NCBI GenBank assembly: GCA_963736005.1 | Contig: CAVTNB010000001.1 | Span: 608,001 to 672,000 of the forward strand | Length of the DNA stretch: 64,000 nucleotides | From: an uncultured Pseudomonadota bacterium | GTDB lineage: Bacteria; Vulcanimicrobiota; Vulcanimicrobiia; Eremiobacterales; Eremiobacteraceae | Direction: 5' to 3' | Shown here: positions 60,011-64,000 of the stretch, one piece after another | Numbering within the stretch: position 1 is the stretch's first letter | Layout of the letters: every line of letters starts with the position of its first letter | Notes under the pieces: model-generated | What the model was told of the DNA's origin: nothing | The model's database searches: none | The model's input: the letters and a program-made list of their open reading frames with translations, nothing else | Position numbers and translations under genes: made by a program

Positions 60011-61405
60011 TTACGACGCTTTGGCGATGGCGGCTGCGATCATTTCGTCTTGACTCTTACGATCTTTCCAGCGAGCCTGCGCCTGTGGAGAGAGCTGGTC
60101 AATGGGATCGAAATACAAGAACCACTCTCCGGGCTTGACGCTGGGCGCACTATAGACAGCGATCCCGCTCTCGCGGTCGTAGTAGTCGTAACTGTGCAAG
60201 TCGCGCTTGCCGCCGCCGCCGGGCGCGTCGCACACGAAGGTGGGCGTATTGAACCCAGCCGTGGAGCCGCGTACGAACTTCTCGATATCGATGGCCGTTT
60301 GGACGGTGGTGCGAAGATCTTCCACGCCCTTGACCATGTCGTGCATATACACGTAGTAGGGGTGGACGTTGATGTAGCCAAGCCGGCGAACGAGCAGCTG
60401 CATCGTGCGCTTGTTGTCATTCACGCCGCGAATCAACACGCTCTGGTTGCGGACCATCACACCGCGCTCAAACAGCAACTGTAAAGCCCTTTGCGTGATC
60501 CACGTGATCTCGTTTGGATGATTAAAGTGCGTGTGCAGCATGACATCTTTGCCCATGGTCCGCCCACGTTCCACGAGGGATATCAAGGCATCGGTCCAGG
60601 CCGTGTCGGTGAGAATCTTGCTGGGCATGATGGCTGGGCCTTTGGAGGCAATGCGGATTCTGCGTACGTTGGGGAGATCCAGCAAAGCATCCCCGATCTT
60701 CTTGAGACTCTTGGCCGGCAACTGGTAGGCGTCACCACCCGAGACAACGATGTCTTGGAGTTCCGGGCGCGAGGCAATGTACTCGAACGCCTGCTGCCAG
60801 CGCTGCTGATTGGTAGCCAGCTCGGCCTTCTCAACGACTTCCGTGTCGCCACCGATAGCATACGAGCGCGTGCAGTAGCGGCAATAGACCGGACACACGT
60901 TGGTGGGCAAGAACAGAGCTTTGTCCACGTAGCGGTGCGTCAGCCCCGGGATGGGAGAGTCATCCAATTCGTGGAGCGAGTCCAGCGACAACTTTGGGTG
61001 ATCCGGTAAGAGGCGAGAGGCGAGCGGAATGAACTGCGTGCGAATCGGATCGGTATAGGGATTCTTCCAATCGATGAGCGCGATTGCATACGGCGAGACG
61101 CGCACATTCATGGGAGCCCGATGGAACCCAGCACGGACGTCATCAATGAAGTGATCAGGTGCCAGCTCTTGGATGGTGGCAAGCAGTTCCTCTGGGGTCT
61201 TCACCGAGCGCTGGTATTGCCAGAGGTGATTGAGAAAAGTTTCCTCATCCACGTCGCGGTACGCCGGCACGTTGCGCCAGAACTCGCCTTGCAGCAGGTT
61301 CATGTGCTCCAAAGCTTCAGGGCCGGCCGGCGGCCGTACCGAGTGAACGAGCGGTTGCGCGACGTGGTTCGTGCCTTTGGTTGAAACTGTTGCAGCGTCT
61401 GACAT
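60011..61405 (-). CDS. kamA: KamA family radical SAM/PLP 2,3-aminomutase
   Basis: LTHRY.DK, CPVYCRYC, SGGD, HFNHPNE, NQSVL, APGGGGK. Confidence 0.9.
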   Translation of the reverse strand: MSDAATVSTKGTNHVAQPLVHSVRPPAGPEALEHMNLLQGEFWRNVPAYRDVDEETFLNHLWQYQRSVKTPEELLATIQELAPDHFIDDVRAGFHRAPMNVRVSPYAIALIDWKNPYTDPIRTQFIPLASRLLPDHPKLSLDSLHELDDSPIPGLTHRYVDKALFLPTNVCPVYCRYCTRSYAIGGDTEVVEKAELATNQQRWQQAFEYIASRPELQDIVVSGGDAYQLPAKSLKKIGDALLDLPNVRRIRIASKGPAIMPSKILTDTAWTDALISLVERGRTMGKDVMLHTHFNHPNEITWITQRALQLLFERGVMVRNQSVLIRGVNDNKRTMQLLVRRLGYINVHPYYVYMHDMVKGVEDLRTTVQTAIDIEKFVRGSTAGFNTPTFVCDAPGGGGKRDLHSYDYYDRESGIAVYSAPSVKPGEWFLYFDPIDQLSPQAQARWKDRKSQDEMIAAAIAKAS

Positions 61406-61918
61406 TTAACGCACGCTCCGTAAACGCCGTGCTGCTGGCACGCCGTCTTCCTTTAGAGTGATGCCTCCGCGCTCGAACGGCGTGGAAAGCACGATCATCG
61501 TCTTGGTTCGTTCAATTCCTGAAATTTTTTTGAGGCGCGAGAGAAAATTGTCCAACTCGGCGGTCGACTTCGTCATAACTTTGAGAATGAAACTCTCTTC
61601 GCCGGTCACGCTGTGCACCTCGCACACTTCGGGCAAAGCCGAAACTGCTGCCGTAAAGCTATCATAATCCGTCTGGGCTGAGGTGAAGCAACTGACAAAG
61701 GCCGTCAGACCCAAGCCTAAGAGCCTCCCATCGAGTCGTGCGGCATAGCCCCGCACAAACCCACGCGCCTCAAGGCGCTTGACGCGGTCGTGCACGGACG
61801 CCGCTTTGAGGCCCACGAGTTCGCCGAGTTCGGCAAAGGTCGACCGGCCGTTGCGCTGCAGAGCGTCCAGCAGCTGAAGATCGAGTTGGTCAAGGACCGA
61901 ACTGGAACCGTTGAACAA
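61406..61918 (-). CDS. Lrp/AsnC family transcriptional regulator
   Basis: LDQLD..LL..LQ.NGR, HTH, VTGE. Confidence 0.92.
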   Translation of the reverse strand: MFNGSSSVLDQLDLQLLDALQRNGRSTFAELGELVGLKAASVHDRVKRLEARGFVRGYAARLDGRLLGLGLTAFVSCFTSAQTDYDSFTAAVSALPEVCEVHSVTGEESFILKVMTKSTAELDNFLSRLKKISGIERTKTMIVLSTPFERGGITLKEDGVPAARRLRSVR

Positions 61919-62118
61919 GGCTGGCTCCCCTTAGTTTATTAGGCGAATATATCATACTATGAATGTTTTGTTCGCGCAAGTACCGGCCAGGCCTAATAAT
62001 CAATCATCCAATGCTTTTGATGCAACCTCTTTGCCGACGCAGTGAACCGTACACCCCTGGGCTGCATACATTGGGGGTGAGGCACAAATACGGCTTCATA
62101 ACCGGTCGGAGGACCCAC

Positions 62119-62463
62119 ATGCGATCAGTTCTTCTCTTCCTAGCAGCGGCGGCCATCATGACTAGCGTGCCCTCTTTGGCAGACACTATGGCATCGTCCA
62201 CCCCAACCGCAACGCAAATACAAATAGATAACTACACGTTCAAGCCGGCGTCGATAACCATCCCGGTTGGAGCGACCGTAACGTGGAAGAACCTGGACGA
62301 CGATCCGCATACCGCAACCGCGGATGACGGCTCTTTCAATAGCAAAGGTCTGGCCCAAGGAGATACCTACTCACACACGTTCACGAAGCCGGGCACGTAC
62401 CATTACCATTGCACGGTTCATCCTTTTATGCAGGCGACGATTGTTGTCAAGGAGGCAAACTAA
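62119..62463 (+). CDS. Cupredoxin (amicyanin/plastocyanin-like), secreted
   Basis: GGAGG RBS, signal peptide, H...CTVHPFM type-1 copper ligands. Confidence 0.9.
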   Translation: MRSVLLFLAAAAIMTSVPSLADTMASSTPTATQIQIDNYTFKPASITIPVGATVTWKNLDDDPHTATADDGSFNSKGLAQGDTYSHTFTKPGTYHYHCTVHPFMQATIVVKEAN

Positions 62464-63359
62464 TGGATCGTAGCAAGTTCTTGGAATGCATGGCCTGGTG
62501 CGGTACGGGTGTCGTCTACACGCTCGCGGGACCGGGTATTGTGGGGCGCGCATTAGCTTCCCCGATGCCCGCCGTCGTTGGCGCACGCAGCTTTGTGCAA
62601 ATCAGTGATTCGCACATCGGATTTCACGGTGAGGCGAACACGGACGTGCTCTCAACCTTTCAAGCCGCCATCGATAAGATCAACGCGTTACCGGTGCAGC
62701 CGGAATTCGTTATGCACACGGGTGACCTCACCCATCTCTCCAAGCCGGAACAGTTCGACACGGTGCAACAGATGCTGGGCACGATCAAGACCGGTGCCGT
62801 GTACGCGGTCCCAGGCGAGCACGACATCATCGACGATAACGGCGCACTCTACTTCAAGATGTTCGGGAAGAACATCAAACCATGGTACAGTTTTGATGCC
62901 GCGGGCGTGCATAGCCTTGCCCTCACGAACGTCCTCAATATCACGGCGGGAGGCATGCTCGGCAGAGATCAATTGGACTGGGCGCGCGCTGACCTCGCGA
63001 AGCAATCCAGCAATACTCCGATCGCCGTGTTTGCCCATATCCCGCTGTACGCCGCTTACCCAGAATGGGGATGGACGACCGACGACTACTTGGAACTGAT
63101 CTCCATGTTGCGGCGGTTTGATTCTGTCACGGTGCTAAATGGGCACATCCATCAGGTGCTCTCCAAAGTTGATGGCAAGATCACGTTCTTCACCGCTGAT
63201 TCGACCGCGTTTCCGCAACCCAAACCCGGCGCTGCCCCCAAACCAGGACCGCTCAAAGTACCCGCTGGCCAGCTAGGCGAATATCTTGGCATTCGGACGG
63301 TAACGCTGCAGCCGGTCTCAGGCGAAATTGCTGTCGCCGTCGAGACGCTCGCTCATTGA
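62463..63359 (+). CDS. Metallophosphoesterase (CpdA/Icc-like)
   Basis: DSH, GDL, GEHD, H.P, GHIH. Confidence 0.9.
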   Translation: MDRSKFLECMAWCGTGVVYTLAGPGIVGRALASPMPAVVGARSFVQISDSHIGFHGEANTDVLSTFQAAIDKINALPVQPEFVMHTGDLTHLSKPEQFDTVQQMLGTIKTGAVYAVPGEHDIIDDNGALYFKMFGKNIKPWYSFDAAGVHSLALTNVLNITAGGMLGRDQLDWARADLAKQSSNTPIAVFAHIPLYAAYPEWGWTTDDYLELISMLRRFDSVTVLNGHIHQVLSKVDGKITFFTADSTAFPQPKPGAAPKPGPLKVPAGQLGEYLGIRTVTLQPVSGEIAVAVETLAH

Positions 63360-63360
63360 G

Positions 63361-63924
63361 GTGACGGAGACGGAGTCGGGAGAAATCCCCGAGCTGATTC
63401 AGCAGCTCGCCGCAGATGAACCCACGGCATTAGAGCGCGCTTACCAGTTGTATGGGGCGCGCTGTAATGCGATTGCGTATCGTATTTTGCAGGACGACGA
63501 CTTGGCGCGCGATGCCGTCCAGGAAGCGTTTCTTTCTCTGTGGCGCCACCGTCACGGTTTGGTCATTCGCACCGGCGGACTAGCGCCGTGGCTAACCGTT
63601 GTCACAAGAAACGCCGCACTCGGGATTCTGCGCAGTGCAACGTCACGAGCCCAGCGGGAATCCCGAGCGCAGGAGCTCTCCCCAAGCCAAACCGCGGGGG
63701 ACCCGGCCGAGCTCGTCACAGCGCGCAACGTGGCCGGGATGCTGCAGAGTGCGCTCCGCAAGTTGCCCGCAGAACAGCAAAGCGTTGTGGAGCTAGCCTA
63801 CTTTAAGTATCTCACGATGGTGCAGATTGCCGAACGAACCGCAACTCCGCTTGGAACGGTCAAGCGCCGCGCGCAGCTTGCGTTGCGCCAGCTCGGGAAA
63901 CTTATGAACGAGAGTACATCATGA
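63361..63924 (+). CDS. ECF sigma factor (SigK-like)
   Basis: DAVQEAF..LW, WL..V.RN, LGTVKRR. Confidence 0.9.
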   Translation: MTETESGEIPELIQQLAADEPTALERAYQLYGARCNAIAYRILQDDDLARDAVQEAFLSLWRHRHGLVIRTGGLAPWLTVVTRNAALGILRSATSRAQRESRAQELSPSQTAGDPAELVTARNVAGMLQSALRKLPAEQQSVVELAYFKYLTMVQIAERTATPLGTVKRRAQLALRQLGKLMNESTS

Positions 63925-64000
63925 CGACGCATCCGTACGACGATATCGAAGCGTTTGCACTTGGTGGGCTCGACGCCGATGCCGGCGCCCGTCTTTTGGA
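63921..64000 (+). CDS. Anti-sigma factor (RskA-like), truncated by the window edge
   Basis: ATGA overlap with the sigma gene; MTTHPYDDIEAFALGGLD. Confidence 0.65.
   Translation, partial: MTTHPYDDIEAFALGGLDADAGARLL

Noticed and set aside
47045..64000. Prophage or intact integrative element
   Set aside because: No intact integrase, transposase, structural or conjugation genes, and no tRNA-end duplication seen

Overview
GC-rich bacterial chromosomal window, mostly transcribed on the minus strand. Gene style suggests a soil Terrabacteria lineage such as Ca. Eremiobacterota/Vulcanimicrobiota; this is inference and was not tested. 1-36.7 kb is largely core: hup, aroQ, hslO, tyrS, mutS2, gatCAB, rlmD, purA, an OmpR-type two-component pair, pgeF, recX, recA, ftsY, a BldC-like HTH plus WhiG/FliA sigma factor, hppA, and the tuf-rpmG-tRNA-Trp-secE-nusG-rplKAJL cluster. 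The tuf-to-rplK stretch is full of single-base frameshifts that are probably assembly errors. The tRNA-Tyr/Gly/Thr cluster that normally precedes tuf is split by inserted protein genes. 47-64 kb is accessory: STAND adenylate/guanylate cyclase, PDZ-membrane-GAF receptor, two-domain multicopper oxidase, GNAT, methyltransferase, ChrB-MFS, KamA-Lrp, and a cupredoxin-phosphoesterase-ECF cassette. Best leads: (1) an unannotated 35-aa ORF with a strong RBS, a YxxPxI RiPP-like leader and a two-Cys core (55315-55422); (2) a cytoplasmic histidine kinase whose input domain looks like a degenerate GGDEF fold with an intact RxxD c-di-GMP site; (3) a coupled BldC-like/WhiG pair with a candidate sigma28 promoter, plus a highly divergent FliJ/FliM/FliO-like cassette; (4) three families of GTAG-type REP palindromes; (5) a secreted protein with thioester-domain-like motifs. 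All calls come from reading the sequence; no database searches were run.
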